Of a DNA stretch of 64,000 bases, positions 1 through 13,324 are shown in pieces. The stretch lies in assembly GCA_964016885.1 (NCBI GenBank), contig OZ024741.1, positions 138,508,001 through 138,572,000 on the forward strand, in the 5' to 3' direction. This DNA comes from Eledone cirrhosa. Taxonomy: Eukaryota. Every line of letters starts with the position of its first letter. Position 1 is the first letter of the stretch. Under the pieces are notes generated by a model, which saw only the letters and a program-made list of their open reading frames with translations, was not told the origin of the DNA and did not search any database. Made by a program: the position numbers and the translations under genes.

Positions 1-19
1 ATATATATATATATGTATG

Positions 20-70
<51 letters not shown>

Positions 71-74
<4 letters not shown>

Positions 75-400
75 AAACAAGACGAAATCGAAAATGCAAC
101 TGGAATCTTTTTTTAAATTATATATTTATTTGGTTCCTTTACCGGTTTCGCATTAGTTGTGATTTTCAAAAGTACAATTGAGATGGAGGGTTTGCGGTTT
201 TTCTCGCATCTGATGCGAGGAAAACCACAAACCCTCCATCTCAATTCTACTTCATAATTTTTTACTATATAATTTTCTACTATATCATTTTTTTTTTTAA
301 AAGACTCCAGTCGCATTTTCGATTTCATCTTTTTTCCTTATTCTTTCACTCGTGTATGACATCTCGTTTTTTTTCATTTTGTAAAAAAAACATCACTCTC
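71..400 (-). mobile_element. Non-coding fold-back PLE-derived element (family A) with U3:A8 hammerhead motif
   Basis: Flanked by (TA)n; palindrome ~176-246. Minus strand 136-172 reads CUU-UUGAAAA-stem II-GAAAC-CG-GUA-AAG. Homologous to 39418-39552 and more distantly to 7910-8260. Confidence 0.65.
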
Positions 401-414
401 TAATATATATATAC

Positions 415-534
<120 letters not shown>

Positions 535-1827
535 GATGTATGTTTATATAAATTTGTTCTTCTAACTTTGATTTTATACCTTATTGTGTATGGGTGACCT
601 TATATTTAAGCAATTTCCACGTGCTATTGAAATGATGGGTAAATATTCAATATCTGTTGATCGAGAATAGATGGCTGTCGTTTATTTATCTATTATTTCT
701 TCATAGGTACCTTTTAATCTTATAGACTGGTTTAATTGTTTTTTTGTGTGGTTGATTATGCTGATTGGGAGAGGGGATGGTGTATACATTTTATCAAATG
801 ATTCAATAGACATACTTTATTGTATATATATTTTTTGTATATTGCTCTCATTGTTGATTATTTAATTAATTAATTCGTCATTGAGCCACATCGTGAATGG
901 TTGCCAAAAACATATATATATATATATATGACTTTGTCTAGTTTGTGTATATGTAAATCTTTATATTTGTTAATCTCCCATATGGTTGAGATGCAATTTA
1001 TGCAATATTAGGCTGCGCTTTCTAGCAACCAATCACATTCTAACAACCAGCCTTCTAGCAACCTGCCCACTCGCCTTAAGGCACCAATCACATTCTTTCT
1101 GACTTGACCACTGCCATGTCACAGTTCTTAGCCATTTTGAATTCGTTTCTGACGGAGATTATTCAGAAAAATCTTCGTCGAATTGAGTTTGTTTCCTGAT
1201 GATTTCAAGCCCGTGAATTTATCCTCGATCGGATATTTCCAAAAGCGAATCAAGCCCAATGGGGTAGAAAGATAATCTTGGTATGTTTATATACCTTTTT
1301 TCTTCTAAATTTGATTTTATACCTTATTGTGTATGGTTGACGATATGTTTAATCGATTTCCACGTGCTATTGAAATGCTGTTGATCGCGAATGGATGGCT
1401 GTCGTTTATTTATGTATTATTTCTTCATAGGTGCCTTTTAATCTTATAGCCTGGTTTAATTGTTTTTTGTGTGGTTGATTATGCTGATTTGGAGAGGAGA
1501 TGGGGTATAAATTTTATAAAATGATTCTATGGACATACTTTATTGTATATATATATATATATATATATTGAGCCTCAACGTGACCGGTTGCAACATATAT
1601 ATCTATGACTTTATGTATATGTAAATCTTTATATTTAATAATGTCCCGTTAGGTTGAGATACAATTGGGCGATATTGGGCTACGCTTTCTAGCAACAAAC
1701 CTACCTGACGTAAGCAACTAATCACATTCTTTCTAACTTTACCGCTGCCACATCACGATTCTTAGCCATTTTTGAATCTATTTTTGGCGCAATCACTTTG
1801 GAAAATTAAATGTATAATTTTTAGTGT

Positions 1828-1904
1828 TTCTCCTGATTAGTCTGTTACTCCGGATATCCTGATAATTGGATGTCTAAAAATACGGACGAAACCATAGTAG
1901 AGAT
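1828..1904 (+). ncRNA. Type I hammerhead ribozyme, G8 mutated (CUGAUUA)
   Basis: UCUC-CUGAUUA-GUCUGU...ACGGAC-GAAAC-CAUA-GUA-GAGA; paralogue of the 2488 motif. Confidence 0.65.
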
Positions 1905-2482
1905 GTAATTACGGTATGTACGCATTTCTTCTAAGTCTCAATTTACACCTAATTGTGTATGGTTGACGGTATATTTAGTCAGTTTCTACATGCTGTTGAA
2001 ATGTTGGATAAATACTCTATTGGGGCCACCGCGAAGAGGCCGCTTTCGGTTATTTGTCGGAAATTTCTTCATAGGAACCATTATTCTTATAGCCTGCTCT
2101 AATTGATTTTTTATATGGTTAATTATGCTAATTGAGAGAGGAAATGGTATATATTTTATCTAATAATTCTAAGGACATGATTTATGATATATTGCTCTGA
2201 TTATTTAATTTATTAATTCTTTATTGAGCCACAACGTGACCGGTTGCAACATATATATCTATGATTTATGTATATGTAAATCTTTATATTTAATAATGTC
2301 CCGTTAGGTTGAGATACAATTGGGCGATATTGGGCAGCGCTTTCTAGCAACAAACCTACCCGCCGTAAGTAACTAATCACATTCTTTCTAACTTCACCAC
2401 CGCCACGTCACAATTCTTAGCCATATTTGAATCTATTTTTGGCGCGATCACTTTGGAAAATTAAATGTCTAATTTTGAGGTT

Positions 2483-2559
2483 TTCTTCTGATGAGTCTGT
2501 TACTCCAGATATCCTGATAATTGGATGTCTGAAAATACGGACGAAACCATGGTAGAGGT
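2483..2559 (+). ncRNA. Type I hammerhead ribozyme, intact core
   Basis: CUGAUGA at 2488; stem II GUCUGU/ACGGAC extended by CAGAUAUCC/GGAUGUCUG; GAAAC-CAUG-GUA (palindromic ACCAUGGU stem III). Confidence 0.85.
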
Positions 2560-2758
2560 ATAATTACGGTATGTACGCATTTCTTCTAAATTTGAATTTA
2601 CACCTAATTGTAAAGAGGCCGCTTTCGGTTATTTGTCGGAAATTTCTTCATAGGAGCCATTATTCTCAAAGCCTGGTCTAATTTTTTATATGGTTAATTA
2701 TGCTAATTGTGAGAGGAATGGTATATATTTTATCTAATAATTCTAAGGACATGATTTA

Positions 2759-2851
<93 letters not shown>

Positions 2852-2853
2852 TA

Positions 2854-3471
2854 TTGAGTGCTTAGCTGCAGGCAGAGCTTCGATTATGCTGTACTAACTT
2901 TTGTAATATTATCTCTTAGACTTAATGATTAATTGATTAATTTAACTAGACAATTCTATTGATTGGTTAATTGTTTATGTTTGTTTAATAACATCTAGTT
3001 GAGTGCTTTATTCCGTTTGTGAAAAGGAATTTATTCCTTTGTTCAAATTTTGAATTTGACCGCCAAATCACGGGAATCCCACGTGACTGCTGGCCGTGTT
3101 TACTGCTAATATTCACAACCGGAGCGGACTAGAAACTTGTTGACGAAGTAAATTCCACTGTTCTATCTTCCAAAACCAATAACTTGCAGGCCCCTGTAAG
3201 TGGATTTTGTTGATTTCGGATTTACAGAAACCTAGCGGAGATATTGTATAATATCAACGCGATGGTCGCGGTTTGTCATATTTTCCTGAGTCAGTTTTTT
3301 TCGTTGCTTTGGTCACTGTGGCTCGCTTATCGATCGCTGTCTTCAATTTGCAAAGCTGTCTAAACGTAATGTTACAACTCTAATGTAATATGCCTTATTG
3401 AGTGCTTAGCTCCACATCCCGATTGCATTCGTTGGCTTAGCTGCAGCCAGAGCTTCGATTATGCTGTACTA

Positions 3472-3475
<4 letters not shown>
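2854..3475 (+). mobile_element. Small non-coding element with terminal direct repeat and degenerate hammerhead
   Basis: Starts TTGAGTGCTTAGCT...GTACTAACTTT directly after (TA)n and ends with the same sequence (3398-3475). Internal UUGACGA(3140)-GUAAAUUCC...GGAUUUAC-A-GAAAC-CUAG. Confidence 0.7.
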
Positions 3476-3541
<66 letters not shown>

Positions 3542-3589
3542 TAAAATAATGAATAAACAAAGAAACAGTTCCTTATATTAAATAAAATT

Positions 3590-3732
3590 CATCATTTTAC
3601 GATCGTTTCTAGGATATATATGTGTTAGAGGTGCTATGCATATTCTATAGATCTATGTACAATATTTATACAAACTATCAGAGGGAATATACATACCTAC
3701 ACATATATATGTTGTCTTCAGAAATAATGATA
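3590..3732 (-). ncRNA. Hammerhead ribozyme in inverted pLTR (long stem II)
   Basis: Reverse complement of the 7275-7416 motif; CUGAAGA...GAAAC-GAUC-GUA. Confidence 0.7.
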
Positions 3733-3992
3733 TTTGTTTATTGAAAGTAACAAAGATTCAATACAATAGGTCTGTTTGGGAACAGGTTTTGAATTGACCA
3801 ATCAGGAGATAGTGAGGGTCAAGATAGTAATATAGTATTAGAAGAACCTTAAATTATGGGTAGAGGAAGGTAGATTTCAGTTTTGGATGGAAAAGAATAT
3901 TATGAATGAAGGATTATTTTAGGGAAGAAATAGGTCTTATGCTGACCTCAGAAATAATTTTATTTGTTCATTGAATAAAACCAACAAAGATC

Positions 3993-5993
3993 AACAACAA
4001 AATACACCGCATAGTGAATAGACTTAATATTGAAGATAGAACTGAACCTTTGGCATTGAAAAGACCACACTTCAACCTGAAAGATCATAAATCTAACTTT
4101 AACTCTAATCCTTCTATAAGGCTTATATGCCCTTCCAAATTTGATATTGGAATAATTAGTAAAAATTTTTTAGATAGAGTCATCCCACAACTAAGAAAAC
4201 ATGTTAATTTACCACTCTGGGAAAACACATCCCAGGTAATTAACTGGTTTAATAATATTAGAAATAAATCCTCTGCTTCATTTCTACAATTTGATATAGA
4301 TAATTATTATTCTTCTATATCACCTATACTCCTGAACAAAGCCTTGATATTTGCTAAAAATAGATCTGACTTAACTTTGGATGACATTAATATTATTACA
4401 CATGCTAGACTAACACTATTGGAATTTTAGAATGAATACTGGACCAGAAACACATATAGTAATCTATTCGATATTACTATCGGCTCAAGCGATTCTGCTC
4501 AAATTACTGATCTTGTGGGCCTCTTTCTTCTTTTTAACATAAATGCTTCCTTTCCCCACCTTAAAGGTGGTTTATATCGTGACGACTGTCTTCTTCTTTC
4601 CAATAAACTTAGCCTCTCAGAGATAGAAAAAAATTAAAAGCTTATTTGAACTTTCTTTAAAGACTATTATAGTCTAGATATTACATTTGAAAACGCAAGT
4701 AAAATAGTTAATTTCCTAGATATAACATTAGACTTATCTACGGGTATCTACCAACTTTAGCATAAACCCAACCAAAATTTACACTTCATACACTCACAAT
4801 CTAATCACCCTAAATCTCTCCTTAAAAACCTTGCATATAATATATCACTTAGAATTTCTAACCTTTCGTCTAACCAAGATGTATTTGATAAAAATGCGAC
4901 CTTTTATAACGAAGCTCTAGCTAGAAGTGGCCACAAAAATAGATTAGTATATATACCTTCTACCAATAACACTACAAACATACAACCTAATATTACCAAC
5001 AAACACCAAATGAAACATACACACCTAAATGCCACTCACACTATACCCCAAAACACCAACATAAAACCAAATTTCTCTAACTCTTCTAATATACAGTATA
5101 GTAACTCTCAAAAAACTACTCATCCTACAACTCTAATAAATGTTAATAATAAAACTCCTAATAAACAAGCTAAAACACCTAAATCAATAAATCTAACTAA
5201 AAATGTGTGTGGAGAGGTCATTAACAATAATTCTCTTAATAAACATCAGGATGCATCCTATAAAAACAATAAACAACATCGAAACCGTAATAGACGAGTT
5301 ACATGGTATAATGCTCCATTTAATTTACAAATTAAGGATAATATACCTAAACAATTCTTTAATATCCTAGAGAAAAACTTCCCGCCAAACCACAAATACC
5401 ATCAAATCTTAAATAGATCAACGGTTAAATTCTCCTACTCAACAACCAAAAACATAAAACAAAATATAAGTGCCTATAATGCATATATATGTAAAAAAAC
5501 CATGAGTATACCACCAGTACATCAAACTAAGCATAATAACTCCTCAGATACAGGATTCACGAAAAGTTGTAACTGTAGAAACAAGGCAAACTGTCCATTA
5601 AAAGGAAATTGCCTTGTTAATAACATAGTATATAAATGTAAAGTTAACACTAAGGACTCAATTCATTCATATATAGGAGCTACCTCTAACAATTTTAAGG
5701 TAAGATTTAATACCCACAAACATTGTTTTAAAAATTCCGCACTAGCTAATACAACATCTCTAGCTGAAATAATTAATAGTTATAGAAAGAGGAATATAGA
5801 ATATGACCTGACCTGGAGTGTGCTCAAAAGGGCCATCCCTTATCCAAATAGTAGAAATGAATGTAGATTATGTTCCCAAGAACTTTTCGAAATAATGAAA
5901 TCTAAGGATATCCTATTAAATAAGCGACAGGAATTAATAATATCGTGTAATCATAAACTGAGAAAAACATTTAAATATTATAAACCTAATTAA
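3993..5993 (+). pseudogene. PLE reverse transcriptase + GIY-YIG endonuclease, disrupted
   Basis: LKDHK..RLICPSK, QFDIDNYYSSI, in-frame TAG at 4428, then GSSDSAQITDLVG and YRDD (4575-4586), frameshift ~4630, FLDITL, SNHP, WYNAPF, CNCRNKANCPLKGNC, IVYKC..YIGAT..FKVRFNTH, CRLC. Confidence 0.9.
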
Positions 5994-6186
5994 TATACAC
6001 TTTAGAAATTAATATATAAATTATTTTTAATTTAGTTAACCTGTAATTAATATTCTACTACTGATGAACTACATAATTCTGCTTTAAATATTATAAACCT
6101 AATTAATATACACTTTAGAAATTAATATATAAACTATTTTTAATTTAGTTAACCTATAATTAATATTCTACTACTGATGAACTACA
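5971..6186 (+). repeat. Tandem duplication (~114-bp period) at the PLE ORF end / 3' UTR
   Basis: ttaaatattataaacctaattaatatacac...ctgatgaactaca occurs twice. Confidence 0.8.
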
Positions 6187-6434
6187 CTATTTTGCTTTCC
6201 TTCTTACAAATATCATTTCCTAAAACTGATAGCATTAAGTAAACATATATAATGCTTTAACTTCAGGTTATGACTCTATGTTCCTTGAAAATTATATATA
6301 TTTACTATTTCTCACTAATAAATTTAATACCCCCCCAATAATTATATGTATATATAAGTGTGTATGTGTGTGTATATATATGTGTATGTATGTGTGCATG
6401 TATGTGTGTATATGTATGTGTATATATGTATGTA

Positions 6435-6465
<31 letters not shown>

Positions 6466-7274
6466 GCATATATATATATATGTGAGTATGTGTGTGTGTG
6501 TATGTGTATATATATGTATATATATATATATATATATATAAGTGTATATATATATATATATATGTGTGTGTATGTGTATATATGTGTATATATATATGTG
6601 TGTATATATATATATATAAGTATATATATATATATATATTATTTTCATATTCTTTTAATTTCCACTTATCTTTAACAGCACTTTTCAACTGCATCTAACT
6701 CTTATTTATCATATCTATATGTATTATTATAATTTTATCAATATAAATATACCCATCAATTAAATTAATTTTATATTCTTTTCATAGATGTATTTTTTTC
6801 ACTAACATTCTTATCTTAAAACTTTGGTCACCTTAGATATTTGTATTGGCATTACTATTTTATAACAGCATCTGCTTGTATACCTTTTACTCACCACCTG
6901 ACCTATTTTCACCCCTAAAATAAGCTTCAATTACTACTATTTTACCATTTGGCCAATTATTAACTTTCTATTGGTTAATTCTAAACCTCTTACCAAACAG
7001 ACAGAATATATTAGATCTTTGTTGGTTTTATTCAATGAACAAATAAAATTATTTCTGAGGTCAGCATAAGACCTATTTCTTCCCTAAAATAATCCTTCAT
7101 TCATAATATTCTTTTCCATCCAAAACTGAAATCTACCTTCCTCTACCCATAATTTAAGGTTCTTCTAATACTATATTACTATCTTGACCCTCACTATCTC
7201 CTGATTGGTCAATTCAAAACCTGTTCCCAAACAGACATATTGTATTGAATCTTTGTTACTTTCAATAAACAAAT

Positions 7275-7416
7275 ATCATTATTTCTGAAGACAGCATATA
7301 TATGTGAAGGTATGTATATTCCCTCTGATAGTTTGTATAAATATTGTACATAGATCTATAGAATATGCATAGCACCTCTAACACATATATATCCTAGAAA
7401 CGATCGTAAAATGATG
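7275..7416 (+). ncRNA. Hammerhead ribozyme in 3' pLTR (long stem II)
   Basis: UCAUUAUUU-CUGAAGA(7285)-CAGCAUAUAUAUGUG...CACAUAUAUAUCCUA-GAAAC-GAUC-GUA-AAAUGAUG. Confidence 0.75.
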
Positions 7417-7632
7417 AATTTTTTTTAATATAAGGAACTGTTTCTTTGTTTATTCATTATTTTATTAATTTATCTTGACTCTGTTTTCCGTTTATTTTTC
7501 ACCGAAATTAGTTTTTGAATGCATCTTCTCTTTTCATGATATCCGGATTACATTGAGTTCTTCATACGGATTGGACACTACCGTAAACTTTTGGTAGATT
7601 TATCTATCTATATATATATATATATATATATA

Positions 7633-7772
7633 TTAAAAGAACAGATTAAAGCTTAAGCAAAGAAACGGTGCTTTCACCTTTAACGGGATCTTCAGAAGAT
7701 CCCGTTAAGGGTGAAAGCACCGATTATTTGCTTAAACTTTAATCTGCTATTTTAATAAATATTTGTTCTAAG

Positions 7773-7832
<60 letters not shown>

Positions 7833-7877
7833 CCTTATCGAGCCCTCCTCGGATTTTAGTCTTCACATATATTATTA

Positions 7878-7882
<5 letters not shown>
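7633..7882. mobile_element. Short palindromic non-coding element with HHR-like arms
   Basis: Palindrome centred at 7694 (gatcttc-a-gaagatc); arms read GAAGA-UCCC-GUUAA-GGGU-GAAAGC. Related copies at 21905-22060 and 32633-32850. Confidence 0.7.
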
Positions 7883-7908
<26 letters not shown>

Positions 7909-7909
7909 T

Positions 7910-8260
7910 GGTAAAAGGAAAAGAAAATGCTGACAAATTGTTCCCATTGAAAAATAGTTTAATTAGGAATAAGTAAAAATTAGTAATAAGTATTTGTTAG
8001 AATTCAGTTTTGGTTTAAGTTTTTACCGGTGGCGCATTTCTAATGCTTTTCAAAAATTATTTTGAGATAGAGCGCCCGTGATCTTTGCTCTAATCTGATC
8101 AGTTTTGGAAATTCTACCTGTTGTATGTGAAAAAAGTGGCTCCAGAGGTATTAAAATAAGTTTCGCCCCAATTCGTGTTGCAAAAATTATTGTGGTCAAA
8201 ACAATTTTGATTGGTCGGTAGATGTCACGTGAATGTTAAAAATTGATTTTGCGCCTAATA
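7910..8260 (-). mobile_element. Diverged family A element
   Basis: Shares ttttcaaaa..ttgagat, aaaaagtggctcca and gtcacgtgaat blocks with 39418-39960. Minus strand UUGAAAA-GCAUU-AGA-AAUGC-(GCCA)-CCGGUA. Confidence 0.55.
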
Positions 8261-8279
8261 TATATATATATATATATAT

Positions 8280-8586
8280 AACAAGATGGCATAGGACTGA
8301 ACAAAGCAGAGGCACAAAAACAAAAAAAAAGAATCCCCAGTCATTGAAGAGGTCACAGAATATGTGACGAAAGAACTTTGACAATGTATAAACAACCATC
8401 TGGTTGTGGAACCAGCCAACCGGAAATTTATAAATTCCTAAATTTATAAATTTATTATAATAAATTGAAGTGAAGCAACTGGTGCGTGTGTTTCTTATTG
8501 GCAACATGACCCTCCCAAAGTATAACAATATCGGTTTCAACACACGTTTTCAGATAAAGAATCTTGCTAAACAAATTCAGAAACGA
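8280..8586 (+). mobile_element. 3' pLTR fragment of the YVDD-type PLE family
   Basis: Matches the reverse complement of 40557-40870 and matches 56670-56825; HHR with C3U change at ~8345-8387. Confidence 0.85.
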
Positions 8587-8605
8587 TATATATATATATA
8601 TATAT

Positions 8606-8746
8606 ATGTTCCCCTTTCTACATATTTTATATATATATATATACATATTTGTGCGTGTGAAAACGACGGACATGAGAATGAGTACTGAACACCGAAATAT
8701 AATTTAAATATTTTCATTGTCGGAATGTAGGGATTCTTGTTACTCT

Positions 8747-8837
<91 letters not shown>

Positions 8838-9330
8838 TATATATATATATGAGTGTGTGTGTGTGTGTATATATTGTTATAGTTTGGGACGGTCACACGC
8901 AACATATGAATTTCACTTCAACATATTATTATAAGTTCCCATCAGTTTAATAACTGGATACTTGTTTAGTTGTTGATTGTCAAGGCCCTTTCCTCACACA
9001 TTCTATCACCTCAGCGGTGACTACTTTCGTTACTTTGTGACTCTTCTTTGTTCTGTTTTATACCATCTTGTGTTTGTGAGCTCACAATGGGTGTGATTAT
9101 TTTTACAGTAGAGTCACAGCTGCCCACCCATGCTCTAACATGATCCCGAATAAGAATCATCACTGATGGTCTTGTAGTATAACAAATATCCCCACATTGC
9201 TAAAATGATAATATTTAAATTACATTTCGGTGTTCAGTACTCATTCTCACGTCCGTCATTTTCACACGCGCACATATGGATATATATATATAAAATACAA
9301 TATGTAGAAAGGGTAACACATTAGAGAGAG
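8606..9330. repeat. Diverged inverted repeat (fold-back element) with internal microsatellite
   Basis: 8606-8748 is approximately the reverse complement of 9172-9320 (gacggac..gagaatgagtactgaacaccgaaat / atttcggtgttcagtactcattctc..gtccgtc). 9290-9365 recurs at 9838-9912. Confidence 0.7.
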
Positions 9331-12194
9331 AGAAAGAGAGCGTGTGCCATCAATAAAACAGGGAAACCACCAGTGTATAGAATCTATAACCTATGGAAGG
9401 CAGGGTAGACACAATAATTAAAAATATAAATTTAAAATGCGCATACGCACCTCTATAACTATATAACACACAGGTACGAATCCGAAGAGATCTGTGTCGC
9501 CAAGAAATTATTGACTGAAATGGAAGTGCCTGTGGTTCATCAGCGTGTGTAAGACAAATACATTCCAGACAACTCTAAGAAAATATAAGATAACCGCCCT
9601 GCAATACGCGGTAGAGAGATGTGACAGCGTGCATAGGACAGTGAACCAGTGGTATCTGAGGGACGAGCTTCTAGAAATGGCAGTCCAAAACCACTCAAAG
9701 AAATGTGCTCAACCAAACAGAGAGAGAGAAAAGACTGTTATAAAGAGCGATATATCAAGATAAATTAACGGAGCCATAGACTCTCGTTATTTCCTGTAAA
9801 TGATGTGCTCAAAGGAAAAAGAATCCTTTAAAATCTCTAAAATACAATATGTAGAAAGGGTAACACACTAGAGAGAGAGAGAGTGTGTGCCATCAATACA
9901 ATTTACAGGGAATAACGATAGTCTATGGCTCCGTTAATTTATCTTGATATACATACACACATACATACATTTATATACATATGTTTTGCGTGTGTTCGTG
10001 TGTGTGCGTGTGTATGTGTGTGTATGCGTGTATGTGTGTGCGCATGTGTGCCTGTGTATGTGTGTGTACGTGTATGTGTGCGTGTGTGTGTGTGTGTATA
10101 TGTAAATAGTCAATGAAAAGTAATTAATGCACCAATATGTTTCTGTTTGAATAATTCAAACCTAATATCCACCTCGAGTCAGTATGTAGATGATGGGTTG
10201 CCGAATGTCTTTGTATTGATGACCAACGTGTAGCAAATATCTATACAAAATATTCATGTATTCCTTACTATATCATCATATATATTTTCCAATGATTTAT
10301 ATGATTTTTTTCTCTTATTGTATATATATTTATCAAATTGGAGGCCCGTGGTTTAGTTGGTATGAACCCCACGAGAGTAATGTCATGAAGTCGAGACAGA
10401 AGAGCACTGATTACGATCTGCCTAAGAACATAACGTGTTCGATGTACCATACTCATTTGATTGACCACACGACACTATAGTAAAAGTCCAATCATTTGTG
10501 TTTAAGATGTCGGCCTCACAATTCATGAATTCGATTCTTGAAACAATTAGTTCGTTTTATCCTCGAGGAAGGTACTATATCCATGACGATATATCCTATT
10601 CATACCAATGATTCAAATGCCGAGCATTGTCACACTGAATATCCCTGAGGAATGTATTAATGATATACGTGTTTGTAGATTCTTCAGCCACTTTCCTTAT
10701 AATAGGTTAAGTATCAGATCCTCAAATGTAACTTTTAGCTTCGACTGGCAGGACTAGCGTGTAACACAATATGTCAGATGATCCCACCATGAGAACTGCG
10801 GTAAGTTCACGAATAGTTTGTACGTTTGATCAAAGAACTGGAACATTTGTCATCGAAACTTTCTACGTTACAACTCGCGCACATATTTAGTGAAGTGGAT
10901 GCTATTGAGTATCCAGTGTGCACCATATCTCAGATATCATTTCATATATTTTTGGCTGAAAGATCTGTTATGAATAAATTATATTATATTTTGACACATT
11001 TTGTTACCAAAATAAAACGATCTAACACTGATGTGCGTGTCTCTATTCTAGTGAACCTAAAACCCAAATAATTAATCAGAACTTCAAAAGATCAGAACTT
11101 CAATCAGAACTTCAAAAGAAAACAGTGACAAGTATACACTTTTAAATGTTATGCGATGGCAAAGTTCTTATTCTAACACTTGGCATCTGGAAAAGAGAGA
11201 TATACCAAAAAGCAAATCAAAATTATGAAGCAGCTTACTACATTACATGTAAAAGTGAAGATCAAGTTTATAAGAAAATACATGACATTTTGTGAAAATG
11301 CTGGCTTAACAATTATGATGTTCGATTCCCTGTAGCACTTCGTTTTTATATATAAAACATGTTATTTTACGTTGCTGCACAACTCTGGTTTGGAAAAAAA
11401 TATTTGGCTAGAGGGCCACAAGCACTCTATGGGAGGTTACATTTCAATGTGACCGCCAATAGAGATTCAGATGTTTTAATGCACAAAAATAACTGTTATA
11501 TCTATGCCATACGGACGCTAGCTGATCAATATATATCCATATTATATCATTTTCTTTTGTTAGATTTGATCTGTGTTTATGTCTAACGTTCTGTATATTT
11601 TACTTTAAGAATATCTCTCATATCTCCCACTTGAAACTACATAAACACATTGAGCCTTATATAAAACTACTTGAAAATCATATACTCTCCTTTATAGCTC
11701 TCTGCATCGAAATAGAATTATAAACATATATATATGTGTGTGTGTATATACAACGTCGGTGCTACCATATGGGCAAACTAGTTAGTCGCCAAGGGCGCTG
11801 ATGTCAGTGGGTGCATTTCTCCAATCCACAACTATTTTGAAAAATAAACAAATACATTTCAGTTTTATTGAGGGTCATTTTTTTATACTGGTTTATTTCA
11901 CACAGGGAAAAATAAATGTTGAAACAAATATTTTTATACTTGGGGAGGGTCATATTGTTGTAATATTGCCAGAAATAATAGTAGAACACACTCACTCTTT
12001 GGTTGGTTTTCGCTTCTGTATCTTTTATACTTCCATAGTTAATTTATTTGGCAATCAATGTTTATCATTGATAATAGATAATATACACACAGACACACAC
12101 ACACATACACACACCTACACACACACACACGCACGCACAGACACACAGACACACACACACACACATATATATATATATGAATACATACATACAT

Positions 12195-12237
<43 letters not shown>

Positions 12238-12520
12238 CTTACTGAATTCAAAACATACTCTCTCTTTTTTTCATACCACTATTTTTCGACTTTGAATTTA
12301 CTTGCATGTAGGAGTTTATCTGGAAAGTGATGTTTGTTCAATACGCCATAATATTTTTTATTGTGCACACTATATCAAGTCTTGGAGCATAATATGTGTA
12401 CTGCGTGCTTTCTTATTTTCACATTTCTTTTACTTTTGCACATCTGATTTACTCATCTGTTGCATCGTTATATCTGTGCCATTTATACATACTCACGCAC
12501 GCACGCACACACACGCACAC

Positions 12521-12571
<51 letters not shown>

Positions 12572-12687
12572 GAGTGTGGCAATATATATATATATATATA
12601 TACAGAGTGTGGCAATATATATATATATATGTATATATCAAAGGTATATATTGAGTTAGGAACTCAAAATAGTCTCTTAATTATATA

Positions 12688-12737
<50 letters not shown>

Positions 12738-13189
12738 GTGTGGCAAAAGTGGATCACCATAGTGGTTAATTATTTAATCATGTTTTAAATTGCCATGCTT
12801 AATTATTATATAGTTGTGTATATTTTCCTACATATTGTTTGCTCTATGTAATTGATCATTATACCATATAATTGACCATTATAACATATGGTGCGCGACG
12901 TTTACCTCACTGTTTCTGTGTGTGAGAATGTATGTGTGTATATATATGTGTATGGATACATTGGTCTATTTACACACACTATCAACCAATTTAATATAAA
13001 CTGAAATTAATTGCTCTTTAGTTTATTAAAACAAGGGCAAAATTCTAGGCTATTTAGAGAACAATATTGCATTGAAACAGATTATTTCAAACGAATATTA
13101 ACGATAAGATAACTAGGTTAGTTTCAATCCATATAATTCATAATCACAAGCAGTAATCAGTTCATAGATATTAGACAGCGAGAGATGGT

Positions 13190-13324
<135 letters not shown>

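Larger units (their letters stand above)
3539..7605 (+). mobile_element. Penelope-like retroelement (Hydra-like, YRDD), 5'-truncated, with inverted 5' pseudo-LTR
   Basis: 3539-3992 is the reverse complement of ~7014-7468; RT-GIY-YIG coding region lies between; inserted in (TA)n; HHR in both pLTR copies. Confidence 0.9.

Noticed and set aside
4428-4430. Possible recoding or selenocysteine read-through in the PLE ORF
   Set aside because: The stop is TAG, not TGA; nearby frameshifts indicate decay; the EN is C-terminal, unlike Naiads.
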